DNA of 64,000 nucleotides, from the NCBI GenBank assembly GCA_947630925.1, contig CANRJM010000004.1, forward strand, positions 70,170-134,169, given 5' to 3'. A program made the position numbers and the translations under genes. Shown one piece after another: positions 39,729 to 50,334 of this stretch (its first letter is position 1; every line of letters starts with the position of its first letter). The DNA is from an uncultured Lachnospiraceae bacterium. GTDB lineage: Bacteria > Bacillota > Clostridia > Lachnospirales > Lachnospiraceae. Under the pieces are notes generated by a model that was not told the origin of the DNA, ran no database searches, and was given only the letters and a program-made list of their open reading frames with translations.

Positions 39729-41237
39729 TTAACGTTTTAAGTTGACAAGTTCTTCCAACATAGAGTCTGATGTTGTAATGATTCTTGAGTTTGCCTGGAA
39801 ACCACGCTGTGTTGTGATCATCTGCGTAAACTCATTTGCCAAATCGACATTTGACATTTCCAGGGCGCCTACCGTAAAGGAACCGGTTAAAGCCACTTCC
39901 TCTCCAATACCATCAAACTCTCCGGAGTTCAATGTAGCGGCAAATAAACTTGTTCCTACCGCTTCCAAACCGGAAGGATTCGCAAAAGTTGCAACGGCAA
40001 TCTGCGCCAAACACTTTTTCATACCATTATCATAAGTGCCATAAACCATACCCTTGTCATCAACGGAAATACCAATCATATTACCTGCTTTATTACCGCC
40101 ATCACGATTGTCAGGGTCTCCTTTCAAATAGGTAAGCTTGGAAGTTCCGCCGTTTGAATACTGTGTCAACTGGTTAAAGTAAACTTTGACGCCGCCAGTG
40201 CCATTTGTCGCATCATACTGCGGAAAAGTGCTGTTTGCGCCAGTATTTGTTTTATCTAAACCAATCACAGAAAATACAAGCGCATTTCCAAGCCAGTCCG
40301 GAGCCGGACTGGTCGGTGCATTCTGTGCGGTAACGCTGCTGAACTCGCCATTCGAACTGTCATATGTCAGAGTATTGATATTTTCAGGAATAATCAGTTC
40401 GCCGGTTGTTTTATTAATGTTGGCGTCGGCTGGTGTGATCGTGATATTACCAAAGGTAACCGAAGCGCCGGTTGCAACATACTCTCCATCTTCATTCTGT
40501 GTTACAAAAATGGATTCGCCAAGGGAATCACAGACATCTACCACACTGACGTCATAATTAACTACGCCTTCTGCCGAAGTTTCGGCTTTCTTGATACTCA
40601 GCTTAACCATATAGGAATCTCCGATATTGTCGAAGAAACTAAACGTTACAATCTCGCCGTCTGCAGCAGACTGTACATCCTTATCATCCGGATCAATATT
40701 GCCGGATAAAGTAACCGCTCCGGTTGCTTCCGGTTCATAATACATATTGGCCGCGCTTCGAATGACCAGATCCTGTACCGTATCTTTGATAATATTACCA
40801 TCATCATCAGCCAGCCATCCCTGAACAATGGAATTGTTCGTTGTACAGTAAAGGTTTCCTGCCGGATCAATATTCAAAGCGCCTGATTTTGTAAAACAGG
40901 TCTGCGTCCCGGAACGAACAATCAAAAATGATTCGCCGTTGATAGCAATATCCAATGCGCGGTTCGTTGTAGAAGGTCCACCCTGTTCCGTAATATTCTG
41001 CTGAATTGCAGCCACTACAGAACCAAGACCAATCTGTTTTGCGTTTGTACCAGACACGCCTAAATCAGCGTTTGCTCCGGAAGCATTGGAAATCATCTGA
41101 TAGTATGTATCAGAGAAGTTCACACTGCTTGCCTTAAAGCCTGCCGTATTTACGTTTGCAATGTTATTACCAATTACATCCATCTTTGTCTGATGTGATT
41201 TTAATCCTGCCACACCAGAAAAAAGTGATCTCATCAT
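39729..41237 (-). CDS. flgE: Flagellar hook protein FlgE
   Basis: MMRSLFSGVAGLKSHQTKMDVIGNNIANVNTAGFK at the N-terminus and ...EMSNVDLANEFTQMITTQRGFQANSRIITTSD at the C-terminus. AGGAGG RBS. Confidence 0.92.
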   Translation of the reverse strand: MMRSLFSGVAGLKSHQTKMDVIGNNIANVNTAGFKASSVNFSDTYYQMISNASGANADLGVSGTNAKQIGLGSVVAAIQQNITEQGGPSTTNRALDIAINGESFLIVRSGTQTCFTKSGALNIDPAGNLYCTTNNSIVQGWLADDDGNIIKDTVQDLVIRSAANMYYEPEATGAVTLSGNIDPDDKDVQSAADGEIVTFSFFDNIGDSYMVKLSIKKAETSAEGVVNYDVSVVDVCDSLGESIFVTQNEDGEYVATGASVTFGNITITPADANINKTTGELIIPENINTLTYDSSNGEFSSVTAQNAPTSPAPDWLGNALVFSVIGLDKTNTGANSTFPQYDATNGTGGVKVYFNQLTQYSNGGTSKLTYLKGDPDNRDGGNKAGNMIGISVDDKGMVYGTYDNGMKKCLAQIAVATFANPSGLEAVGTSLFAATLNSGEFDGIGEEVALTGSFTVGALEMSNVDLANEFTQMITTQRGFQANSRIITTSDSMLEELVNLKR

Positions 41238-41335
41238 AATATTTTTCCTCCTAAAATCCGGAATGTTTTTCAGGATTTCTCTGGCATTCAAAATCCTTTT
41301 GCTTCCTTATGAGGTCCAGCAAATCCCATTCCTTA

Positions 41336-41725
41336 TTAACTGATAACAGCTCCGTCAATATTTGTAAAGATAGAGTCTGTCGAATCACCAACTGCTGTTA
41401 TAACGGTATTATTCTTAACGTTTACAATAAACGCAAGATTATCTACCATAACTAAAGACTCCTGAATTCCTTTTTCCCTGGCCTTTGTTGTACCATTCTC
41501 CAAGCGTTCCATCTGCTCCGCGGATAGATTGATATTTCTGGTTGCCAAACGTTCGTTTGCATGCTTTGAGAACTTTAAGTGATGAACTGCCTTTTCCTTT
41601 GCCGCACTAAAAATATCCTGGAAAGAAAGTTCAGAAGGCTTGGAATCCTCCTTCTTAGGAGCACCTTGCAGCAACCGATCTCTCATCTGCTCAATTGATG
41701 AATAATTTTCCTGTAAGCGTTGCAT
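41336..41725 (-). CDS. Small flagellar operon protein (TIGR02530-like)
   Basis: LKFSKHANERLATRNINLS...VMVDNLAFIVNVKNNTVITAV. The ATG at 41725 has AAAGGTGGA upstream. The long ORF-track N-terminus overlaps flgD. Confidence 0.65.
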   Translation of the reverse strand: MQRLQENYSSIEQMRDRLLQGAPKKEDSKPSELSFQDIFSAAKEKAVHHLKFSKHANERLATRNINLSAEQMERLENGTTKAREKGIQESLVMVDNLAFIVNVKNNTVITAVGDSTDSIFTNIDGAVIS

Positions 41726-41750
41726 GTCCATTCCACCTTTCACTACATTT

Positions 41751-42581
41751 TTATGCAGTTTCCTCACTCTCTTCACTGCCATCTTCTGCAGAAGAATCTC
41801 CATCCTCTGAAGGGTTCCCCTCTTCCGGCGGCTTTTCTTCCGGCGTACCATTGATGATCAAAGTAACACTCTGATAATCCATTGTATTGTTTGTATCGTC
41901 AAATACGAATGCTACCGTATAAGTGCCTGCCGGTAAATATTTAAATGCTTCGTTGTCAATTGTAAGCTTACCCTTTTCAAATTTCAGGTATTTCGCATCA
42001 ATGCCGGTTGCCTGATTATATTCATCCACCAGAACCACGGCAAAACTGGATGCTTCATAACCATTGGATCCAAGACTGACCCCCTGAATCGTAACATCAG
42101 ATGAGTCTCCATGCGTATAGGAAACTGTCTGTGACATAACGGATGGAAGATACATGGATATCAGATAATATGAATCAAATACCGTTACAATATCGTCATA
42201 TGAATATTCCTGACCGTCAATGACCACATATGCCTCTCCGCTTTTAATAGTAACATACTGGACCGTTCCCTGTATTTCCTGAGTCTGACCGGTTGATGAA
42301 GTCTGGCGTACCAGAACGTCTTTGCCGACAAGAGAATATGCCGATGTATTCGTTGTCGTACTGTTTAAGTTGGTCATCTGCTCCAATTCGCTGAACTGCG
42401 CAAGCTGTGCTACATATTCCGTATTATCTGCCGGATCGAGGGGATCCTGATACTGCATCTGCGTTACCAGCAAAAGCAGAAAGTCATCTTTTCCAAGATC
42501 GGCGCCGGATTTTTTTGTTTTCTGCTGCGAATCTTCAGGAACCTGTATTTCTCCGTCTACTACCGGAACTTCTAACGCCAT
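41751..42581 (-). CDS. flgD: Flagellar hook assembly/capping protein FlgD
   Basis: LLLVTQMQYQDPLDPADNTEYVAQLAQFSELEQ is the FlgD signature. It is followed by beta-rich domains and an acidic tail. Confidence 0.87.
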   Translation of the reverse strand: MALEVPVVDGEIQVPEDSQQKTKKSGADLGKDDFLLLLVTQMQYQDPLDPADNTEYVAQLAQFSELEQMTNLNSTTTNTSAYSLVGKDVLVRQTSSTGQTQEIQGTVQYVTIKSGEAYVVIDGQEYSYDDIVTVFDSYYLISMYLPSVMSQTVSYTHGDSSDVTIQGVSLGSNGYEASSFAVVLVDEYNQATGIDAKYLKFEKGKLTIDNEAFKYLPAGTYTVAFVFDDTNNTMDYQSVTLIINGTPEEKPPEEGNPSEDGDSSAEDGSEESEETA

Positions 42582-42621
42582 AACCTAAATCCTCCTTTCA
42601 TAAAATTTTGTTTCCATAAAA

Positions 42622-44115
42622 CTATGCTGTAAAATCAATACTTCCACCAGAATCATGCATTACGCGCTCACGGACCTGCTGCGCCGTCTCTTCTTCAGAA
42701 CGTTCTGTTTCCTCTGAAATTTCAGAATCATACCGGAATCTCTTATGATCCTTTTTTTGCGACTCATTCTGTCCCTGTCCGTCCGCCTCATTGCTCTGTG
42801 AAAAGCTGAAATCTGATATCTGTACATCTACAGATTCCACTTTCAAATCTTTCGACTCCAAACTTTCCCGCAACTGATACATCTGGCTTTCTAACGCATT
42901 CTTTGCCTCGTCTGTCTGAACATGGAATGTCGCCGTCATCACACCGTCTTTAGAAATAACGGATAGAAATACTTTTCCAAGACTTTCTGGATTCAGTTGG
43001 ACTTCCATTGTTGTCGTATTGGCATTGATTACGTTTCGAATAGAATTGCTGACCTGATTGATAATATCAATCATCTGCTGCATATTCCGATTCTCCGGCA
43101 CATTCTCCATGAACAATCGGAAATCCTGATTCTGCGACATATCAAACTGCTCTGTGATAACGGGAACCGGAGCTTTTTCCATATCTTCGGAACGGGCAAA
43201 CAACATTTCTGATGAATCCTTTTCCTGAAAATCCTGTGAAAAGGAACTCTGCTCCTCATCAGCAGTCTCCTGCATACCAGAAACCATTTCCTTTGTATCA
43301 GCCGTTTCTTCTGTATGCACCGTAATCTTTTCCACCATAGCCGTTTCCGGCTTTTCTTCCTGTACGGCTAACAGACTTTCCGGTATTTCAGCAGCAGAAG
43401 GCGTTGTCTCTGCCTCAACGACTGTTTCTGCAAAAGAAGACGCCGTGTCTGCCTCAACGGCAGTTTCAGTATTGGCTGTCAGGTCAGGATGTTCTGCTCC
43501 TTCCTGCGTCAGAAATTCATCCAACGTTACCGGAGTATCGATTGGTTCCATCTGTGCGACCAGAGCTTTCATGTCATCCGACAGAAATGATTCCAAAGCC
43601 TGCTGCAGTTCAGAAAAATCATTCATCATATTTTCATTGAACAGAAAATCCATATTTTCTTCCCCGCCATGCAGTTGTAACACAAACTGCTGAAGAATCT
43701 GCGGATTGAACAGATCAAAGAACGAAATTCCCATAAAATCTAACAGTTGATCAATCCCTTCATCTGTCAGGTTCAGTTTTTCTTTCAGAAGATCTCGTAC
43801 TGCCTCCTGCAGTTCAGCCAACGTTTCGTCCGGATTTTCCATTCCCGTTTTCTGTTCCGCTGTCATCACCTGTCCGGAATCTTTTACAATGGTATCCTGT
43901 CTGCTGTATGGATTTTCATTTCCCTGTTGATACACGGAATGAGCGGAACCATCTTTTCCTGAAATACTCTCAGACTGTTTAGCAGAAAAAGATCTGCCAT
44001 CCTTCAGAAAATGCTGAAACGGATTGCTGTTATCGGAAACAGCAGTGGGTTTTTGGACTGATTTTACCATGCCGGAAACGATATCCCCTAATTGTATCGC
44101 TTCAACGCCTGCCAT
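42622..44115 (-). CDS. fliK: Flagellar hook-length control protein FliK
   Basis: 497 aa with an acidic, low-complexity N-terminal part. The C-terminal Flg_hook-like domain is MEVQLNPESLGKVFLSVISKDGVMTATFHVQTDEAKNALES. Confidence 0.75.
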   Translation of the reverse strand: MAGVEAIQLGDIVSGMVKSVQKPTAVSDNSNPFQHFLKDGRSFSAKQSESISGKDGSAHSVYQQGNENPYSRQDTIVKDSGQVMTAEQKTGMENPDETLAELQEAVRDLLKEKLNLTDEGIDQLLDFMGISFFDLFNPQILQQFVLQLHGGEENMDFLFNENMMNDFSELQQALESFLSDDMKALVAQMEPIDTPVTLDEFLTQEGAEHPDLTANTETAVEADTASSFAETVVEAETTPSAAEIPESLLAVQEEKPETAMVEKITVHTEETADTKEMVSGMQETADEEQSSFSQDFQEKDSSEMLFARSEDMEKAPVPVITEQFDMSQNQDFRLFMENVPENRNMQQMIDIINQVSNSIRNVINANTTTMEVQLNPESLGKVFLSVISKDGVMTATFHVQTDEAKNALESQMYQLRESLESKDLKVESVDVQISDFSFSQSNEADGQGQNESQKKDHKRFRYDSEISEETERSEEETAQQVRERVMHDSGGSIDFTA

Positions 44116-44172
44116 CTTTTCACCTCCTTTCCTAAATAATTAATCTATGTCAACAGATTTCTCTGTGGACAA

Positions 44173-44943
44173 CTAATCCTCGCCTCCGCTTGAAGCGGAT
44201 ATTTTCTTTGTAATCTGCGCCGCGTAAGTACTGTCTAATTCCTGTAAAACTGCCGCTGCTTTATCATCCTTCATATTCTGCAGGATATCGCAAACCAATT
44301 GAAGATCTTCTGACATCTCTGTCAGTATTCTGGCCGCTGCCGCTGCATCCATTTTTTCATATCTTGCAGCATGCTCTTTGGCTCTCTCGCTGTACTGCAG
44401 CTTATCCAGTACCTGTTTATAGATTTTCTCTGCATTTTCCGGTGCAATTTCTTCATAATATTTCCGGTACTCAGAGATATCCGGCGCATTATCCGTAAAG
44501 ACAACTTCCTGATCAAACTCGCTGACCCGCTTATCAAAAGCTTCCTGTTCATTCTTGTATCGCTGCAGGTTTTTAACTTCAGCCTCCAACTCTGCAATAT
44601 AATCGGAATTGGCAGTCGTCATCCCCGTCTCCGATTCGAGACGTCTCTCTAATTCATTGATTCGGTCATTTGCCGACTTTAAGGTATTGTATTTATAATT
44701 CCCTTCCTCTGCCTGCTGTTCCTCGGATGGATTCGGTAAAATTTTATTGATGACCGGAACATCCTTTAACACCGGATATAATATATTACTTCCAATCCCT
44801 CCGATATCTAACTTTATCAAGAAAGCAAATACCGCAAGCCAGATAAGAATAATAATAATGGCAATCAAAGCCGTAACAACCCTGCTTCCTTTACTTTCTT
44901 CCGAATTTTCCATAGGTAATTCGTCTTTTTTCTTTCTAGGCAT
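44173..44943 (-). CDS. Membrane-anchored coiled-coil protein with an MgtE-N-like C-terminus (YlxF/FlbB-position protein)
   Basis: 256 aa. TM helix, coiled coil, then AAARILTEMSEDLQLVCDILQNMKDDKAAAVLQELD. Located between fliJ and fliK, as ylxF is in B. subtilis. Confidence 0.55.
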   Translation of the reverse strand: MPRKKKDELPMENSEESKGSRVVTALIAIIIILIWLAVFAFLIKLDIGGIGSNILYPVLKDVPVINKILPNPSEEQQAEEGNYKYNTLKSANDRINELERRLESETGMTTANSDYIAELEAEVKNLQRYKNEQEAFDKRVSEFDQEVVFTDNAPDISEYRKYYEEIAPENAEKIYKQVLDKLQYSERAKEHAARYEKMDAAAAARILTEMSEDLQLVCDILQNMKDDKAAAVLQELDSTYAAQITKKISASSGGED

Positions 44944-44946
44944 TTA

Positions 44947-45405
44947 TCAATTATCCTCACTTTCCTTTGCGCTGCCAAAACGGAAACTAACCAATTCGTC
45001 AACTTCCTTTCTCTCCTGTGCCTCTATTTCCAGTTTAAACTCCTCAAAGGCTTTCTCTTTCAATTTTTCAAAGGTTTTTCTTTCTTTCATCGCCTCATCC
45101 AGTTTTTCCCTTGCCTCCTCCACTTTCAACTCCTGTTGGTGGATGATCAGTTTCTGAATATTGATATTATATTTGACATTTTCCACACTATTTTCCAATT
45201 CTTTGATCCTGCGGATATCCAACCGGTCGGAAACCGCCTCCCGTAATTCCGCCTGAAATTTCTGTTTTCGTTCTTCCAACCGCTCTAACTTTTCCTCTTC
45301 CTCATGAAGCTTTGCGATTTCCAAACCATATTCCGCTTTTGCCTGATCTTCCAGTTTATATTTAATGGATAAGATACTTTCCATCGGAAAAACAAATTTT
45401 GCCAT
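44947..45405 (-). CDS. fliJ: Flagellar export chaperone-like protein FliJ
   Basis: About 152 aa, all coiled coil. Located directly after fliI. The ATG at 45405 has a GAGG 6 nt upstream. Confidence 0.65.
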   Translation of the reverse strand: MAKFVFPMESILSIKYKLEDQAKAEYGLEIAKLHEEEEKLERLEERKQKFQAELREAVSDRLDIRRIKELENSVENVKYNINIQKLIIHQQELKVEEAREKLDEAMKERKTFEKLKEKAFEEFKLEIEAQERKEVDELVSFRFGSAKESEDN

Positions 45406-45432
45406 GAGAAACCTCATTTATCTCATCTTTCA

Positions 45433-46770
45433 TCATGTCTCCGCCGCTTCTTCCTCCGGCTCATCCTGAAAGATTGCGATTAATCTATTTACTATTTCGT
45501 CATAATTATACTTATCATAAACATCTTGCACCAAAAAATTATTCACTTCATCAATTTTTGATAACGCAAAATCGATTGCCGGGTTAGAACCCGGCTTATA
45601 TGCGCCTATATTGACCAAATCCTCCGCTTCCGCATAAGTCGCCAATACATTTTTCAGCTTTCCGCTGGCTTCCTTTTGCTCTTTCCCTACGATACTGCTC
45701 ATTACACGGGATATGCTTTGCAACACATCAATCGCAGGATAATGGTTTTTATGCGCTATTTTCCGATCCAGCATAATATGTCCATCTAAAATGCTTCTTG
45801 CCGTATCTGTAATCGGTTCATTAAAATCGTCTCCATCTACCAAAACAGTATAGAGTCCCGTAATAGACCCCTTATCCGATCTGCCTGCACGTTCCAGAAG
45901 TTTTGGCATCTCCGAATATACGCTCGGCGGATATCCTCTGGAAACCGGGGGTTCTCCTGAGGCCAGACCAATCTCTCTTTGTGCCATGGAAAAACGCGTC
46001 AGGGAATCCATCATCAGCAAGACATCTTTTCCCTGATCCCGGAAATATTCTGCAATCGCGGTTGCTGTTTTTGCCGCCTTATTTCGTATCAACGCCGGTT
46101 TATCCGATGTTGCCACTACGACAACAGACCGTTTCATTCCCTCCGGGCCCAAATCGCGTTCAATAAATTCCCTGACTTCACGGCCGCGCTCTCCAATCAG
46201 GGCAATCACATTAATATCTGCTTTTGTATTTCTTGCAAACATCCCCAAAAGGGTGCTTTTTCCTACGCCGCTTCCTGCAAAAATGCCAATTCGCTGTCCC
46301 TTCCCTACCGTAATCAGGCCATCCACTGCTTTTACCCCCAGCGGAAGCACCTGATCAATAATCTCTCTGGTCAGCGGATCCGGCGGCTCTGCCTCTACCG
46401 AATACCCCTGCATTCCGGAAAGAACGGTTTGATCGATTGGATTCCCCAAACCATCCAAAGTTTTTCCAAGCAGTTCTTCGCCTACCTTGACTTTAAGCGG
46501 TGCATTTGTATTTTCCACACGGCACCCCAAAGCAACGCCCTCTGTATCGTCATAGGGCATCAAAAGAACACGGTCATCACGAAAGCCCACTACCTCGGCA
46601 TGGATAATCTGATTTGTATCCTTAGTGATAATATGGCACAAATCATTCAGCCTGGCGGCAGGACCAATTGATTCAATCGTAAGACCTACTACTTTTGCAA
46701 CTTTGCCGAGACGTTTTTCATATGTCCTGTTTAACAGCATATTATATTTTGAAAGATCAATGTCTAACAT
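45433..46770 (-). CDS. fliI: Flagellum-specific ATPase FliI
   Basis: Walker A is GSGVGKST. The F1-ATPase-like core includes VLLMMDSLTRFSMAQREI. The ATG at 46770 has GAGGAG upstream. Confidence 0.95.
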   Translation of the reverse strand: MLDIDLSKYNMLLNRTYEKRLGKVAKVVGLTIESIGPAARLNDLCHIITKDTNQIIHAEVVGFRDDRVLLMPYDDTEGVALGCRVENTNAPLKVKVGEELLGKTLDGLGNPIDQTVLSGMQGYSVEAEPPDPLTREIIDQVLPLGVKAVDGLITVGKGQRIGIFAGSGVGKSTLLGMFARNTKADINVIALIGERGREVREFIERDLGPEGMKRSVVVVATSDKPALIRNKAAKTATAIAEYFRDQGKDVLLMMDSLTRFSMAQREIGLASGEPPVSRGYPPSVYSEMPKLLERAGRSDKGSITGLYTVLVDGDDFNEPITDTARSILDGHIMLDRKIAHKNHYPAIDVLQSISRVMSSIVGKEQKEASGKLKNVLATYAEAEDLVNIGAYKPGSNPAIDFALSKIDEVNNFLVQDVYDKYNYDEIVNRLIAIFQDEPEEEAAET

Positions 46771-46795
46771 ACAAATACGCTCCTCATTCTCTGCA

Positions 46796-47647
46796 TCAGA
46801 AAACCAGCAACTTAACACTTTCCTCCAGATTTTGAAGCTGTGCGTCCAAACTACAGTCAATTACCTTATTATCCATTTCAATAATACACTGATTCTCCGT
46901 TAAATTCTCGTCTTCCACAATATCAAATTCCTGTATGCCTTTTGCAAGCATCTGAAACGTGGATTTTTTCTCCATAACCCGGCCAATATCTGATTTTGAT
47001 ACGCGCAGGATCAGCGTTTTTGTGCGTTCCATATTTTTCATCGCACTGCCAATCAAATACAGAATAATCCCTTTTTTGTCCTCACAAACCACACCGGTAA
47101 GTTTTCGGACTAAAGAAACCGTTAAATCAGCAAAAGCCGGCTCCAAATTTTCTTCCTGCTCCTTCAGTTCCTGAAAACGCCGTTCATATTCCTGCTCTAA
47201 TTCCTGACGCTTCTGTTCCAGATCCTTAGCGGCTTGTATTTTTCCTTCCGCAAGCCCCTGCTCGACCCCTTCAATATAAGCAGACTGTTTAATGGAAGCG
47301 CTCTGCTCCTCCGCATCCTTTATCATTCTGGCAGCCTCTTCTTCCGCTTCCTCAAGAATCTGCTGTTTCTGCTCTGAAATCTGCTGTTCTACCTTTTCCA
47401 TTTCCTGATTGACCACATCATCCATATGAATCACTGACAATCCGTTTTCAAAGGCCGCCTGCGTATCGTTTTCTCCTGATTGTTTTAATTCCAACTGCTG
47501 AAAATCATGTACTTCCGCTGTCTGTTCTTTCTGAAAAATATCCGGGATAAATTCCTCTACCTTTTCATCGGAATCAATCATGCGAACCTCCGATGGATTT
47601 ACATTGAAATATACCGATTTAATTAAATTAGACAACGATCTCGTCAC
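46796..47647 (-). CDS. fliH: Flagellar assembly protein FliH
   Basis: An E/Q-rich coiled coil is followed by a FliH/V-ATPase-E-like C-terminus. The start is uncertain: GTG at 47647 or TTG at 47635 gives the SLSNLIK N-terminus, while the ATG at 47581 has the best RBS. Confidence 0.75.
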   Translation of the reverse strand: MTRSLSNLIKSVYFNVNPSEVRMIDSDEKVEEFIPDIFQKEQTAEVHDFQQLELKQSGENDTQAAFENGLSVIHMDDVVNQEMEKVEQQISEQKQQILEEAEEEAARMIKDAEEQSASIKQSAYIEGVEQGLAEGKIQAAKDLEQKRQELEQEYERRFQELKEQEENLEPAFADLTVSLVRKLTGVVCEDKKGIILYLIGSAMKNMERTKTLILRVSKSDIGRVMEKKSTFQMLAKGIQEFDIVEDENLTENQCIIEMDNKVIDCSLDAQLQNLEESVKLLVF

Positions 47648-48638
47648 CTCCGCCTCTGGAGATAATAATCTCTGCAGAATCCTCTAACTTACGTATAATA
47701 TTAACAATCTTCTGCTGTGCCTCTTCTACATCCTTCATACGTACAGGACCCATAAATTCCATATCCTCTTTGATCATAGTAGCCAGTCTGGATGAAAGAT
47801 TGCTAAAGATAAGATTCTGAACTTCTTCATTGGAGCCCTTTAAGGCAACCGCTAATTCATTATTATCTACCTCACGCAGTACACGCTGTATAGAACGGTC
47901 ATCCAGTGACAGAATATCCTCGAATACAAACATCTTTCTTCTGATTTCGTCCGCAAGCTCCGGATCTTCGATTTCCATGCTTTCCATAATATGTTTCTCC
48001 GTACCGCGGTCAACCGTATTTAAGATTTCTACAATGGAATCAACACCACCGACAATCGTGTAATCCTGGTTGACCAAAGAAGCAAGCTTCTGTTCCAAAA
48101 CCTTTTCAACCTCCTTAATGACATCCGGCGCCGTACGATCCATCTGTGCAATACGTTTTGCAACATCGGTCTGCTTATCCGGCGTCAAGGCTGAAATAAT
48201 CGCAGAAGAATGTGCCGCAGGTAAATAGGAAAGAATCAATGCAATCGTCTGCGGATGTTCGTCCTGAATGAAATTTAACAGTTGGCTCGCATCCGTCTTA
48301 CGGACAAATTCAAACGGACGCACCTGTAATGACGCTGTCAGCTTGCCAATCACATCCTTTGCCCGCTCGGAGCCAAGTGATTTCTCCAACAAATCCTTTG
48401 CATAGGCAATACCGCCCTCCGCAATATACTGCTGTGCAAGACAAACTTCATAAAATTCATCCAACACAGAATCTTTCATTGCAGGCGAAACACTTCGTGT
48501 ATTGGCAATCTCAAGTGTAAGCTGCTCAATTTCATCCTCCTTCAAATGTTTAAACACATTGGAAGATTTTTCAGGTCCCAAAGCAATTAATAGAATCGCG
48601 GCTTTCTGAACGCCTGAAATTTCATCTGATTTTGCCAT
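47628..48638 (-). CDS. fliG: Flagellar motor switch protein FliG
   Basis: 336 aa. GVQKAAILLIALG..., and ...MFVFEDILSLDDRSIQRVLREVD.... Confidence 0.93.
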   Translation of the reverse strand: MAKSDEISGVQKAAILLIALGPEKSSNVFKHLKEDEIEQLTLEIANTRSVSPAMKDSVLDEFYEVCLAQQYIAEGGIAYAKDLLEKSLGSERAKDVIGKLTASLQVRPFEFVRKTDASQLLNFIQDEHPQTIALILSYLPAAHSSAIISALTPDKQTDVAKRIAQMDRTAPDVIKEVEKVLEQKLASLVNQDYTIVGGVDSIVEILNTVDRGTEKHIMESMEIEDPELADEIRRKMFVFEDILSLDDRSIQRVLREVDNNELAVALKGSNEEVQNLIFSNLSSRLATMIKEDMEFMGPVRMKDVEEAQQKIVNIIRKLEDSAEIIISRGGGDEIVV

Positions 48639-48678
48639 AATACAACCATCCTTTCACATTTATCTGCATTTGTCTGTG

Positions 48679-50304
48679 TTATACATCCCAATCATCATTC
48701 AGCCAGTTCCGCAATAACTGTGCAACCGCCTCTGGATTTTCATCCACAAACTTCTCAATCATCTTTCTGGTCTCTGATTTATCACTAAATTCTATATCAT
48801 CCAATGACTGATTCTCCTTAGTTGTAGCAAGCAGTTGCTCTACAGAAAGCTCTGGCTCTTCTTCGGATACTCTTACCGGTGCGGTACCTCGTATTACTAC
48901 AAAGATCAGAAGCGCAATAATCAGAATTGCTAAAATAATCATCAGATAATCTGCAATTCCTCTTGAAGTATCCGTACTTTCAACAAACTTCGGCACCTCG
49001 TATGCCATAACGGAAATCCTTGCGGCATCTACGCCCGTTGCCTGTGCCAGCAAAGAGATTTCATCATCCGTAAACTCTGCCGTTCTCCTTTCATTGTTCT
49101 GTGCCATGAACTCATCAAACGTCATATTGTCTAATGTGCCGTCTGCTCTTAACTGATCCTCATCATAGATCACATAGCGGAGAGCCACAACTGCAAGAGA
49201 AGACTCATCATACTCAATGGCCGGTGTTTCCCGTTTAATATTTTCAATTGTCTCATCCGTTAAAAGTCCCTGCAGTTTCTGAATTTCCAAACTGCTGGAA
49301 GAACCGTTTCCGGTTTCGTATACATAATCCGTATCATCATCATTGGAAGCCGTCCCCGGCTCGCCGCCGGAAGTGTTTGCGCCTCCTTCTGACGTATAGG
49401 TATACAGATTTGTCGGATAGCCATATTCCCGTCCTTCGGAAACGGAATAGGTCTTTGTCAGTCTTTCCAGCTTGCTCATGTCAAAACGGATTCCCTGTGT
49501 ACCGATCTGAACATCATCATAACCGCTTTTTATCAACAAATCTGTTACATTTTCGGCAATGGTATTCCGCAGCTTCTCAGAATATTCCGCTGTACCGCCG
49601 GTAATGCTGCCACCCAGAGAATCAGCCGTAGAACCGTTATACAGGCAATTTCCATCAATATCATTGATAATGACATGCTCCACATCTGTCCCAACTGTGT
49701 TTGCAAGCCAACTGGCAAGAGCCTGCGCTGTATTTTCTGTTACCTGCTCTTTTTTGGAATCGCTCACGGCAATCGTCGCTGTGATCGAAGTATCTCCCTC
49801 TTCATCCAGTACGCTATATGTAGTTTCCGGAATATCAATAAATACATTTGCATCCTCAATAAAGGAATAATCTACCAGACTTTTCCGTATTTCATTCTGC
49901 AATGCCAGAATGCGCTTTTGGCTTTTTTCGTTTTCTGTCGTTGACATGGAATTGTCAAACGCCTGATCCCAAGTATATCCGGTATCAGTCAATCCGTTAT
50001 CGCTCATAACATATAATGCATTTGTCATATCCCCTTCTTTGACATACAGGGTCAAACCATTGTCAGAGGAACGATAACTGATGCCCTGTTCATCCAATGC
50101 ATCTGTCATTTTACTTGCATCTTCCAGAGTGCTGAAACTCTGGAATCTTGTCCATGTTGGTCTGGAGACCAGATATGCGGTAATGCCAATCGCCACTAAT
50201 ACAAGACAAATGATGGCAATAATAATTGTTTTCTGTTTGCTGGAATATCTCTTCCAAAATTCCAGTATCCGCGTTGGAATTTCTTTTAATCTCTCTTGCA
50301 TCAC
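48679..50304 (-). CDS. fliF: Flagellar MS-ring protein FliF
   Basis: 541 aa with N- and C-terminal TM helices flanking a large periplasmic-type domain. Located between fliE and fliG. Confidence 0.9.
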   Translation of the reverse strand: MMQERLKEIPTRILEFWKRYSSKQKTIIIAIICLVLVAIGITAYLVSRPTWTRFQSFSTLEDASKMTDALDEQGISYRSSDNGLTLYVKEGDMTNALYVMSDNGLTDTGYTWDQAFDNSMSTTENEKSQKRILALQNEIRKSLVDYSFIEDANVFIDIPETTYSVLDEEGDTSITATIAVSDSKKEQVTENTAQALASWLANTVGTDVEHVIINDIDGNCLYNGSTADSLGGSITGGTAEYSEKLRNTIAENVTDLLIKSGYDDVQIGTQGIRFDMSKLERLTKTYSVSEGREYGYPTNLYTYTSEGGANTSGGEPGTASNDDDTDYVYETGNGSSSSLEIQKLQGLLTDETIENIKRETPAIEYDESSLAVVALRYVIYDEDQLRADGTLDNMTFDEFMAQNNERRTAEFTDDEISLLAQATGVDAARISVMAYEVPKFVESTDTSRGIADYLMIILAILIIALLIFVVIRGTAPVRVSEEEPELSVEQLLATTKENQSLDDIEFSDKSETRKMIEKFVDENPEAVAQLLRNWLNDDWDV

Positions 50305-50334
50305 ATACTCCCCTGTTGTTCTTTTAAAATATTG

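Noticed and set aside
41726-41851. A K/R-rich N-terminal extension (MVRRKKSRRKRGTLQR...) of the ORF downstream of flgD
   Set aside because: It is the alternate-frame reading of the GAA/GAG-rich acidic tail of flgD and has no RBS. A good RBS (AAAGGTGGA) precedes the internal ATG at 41725.
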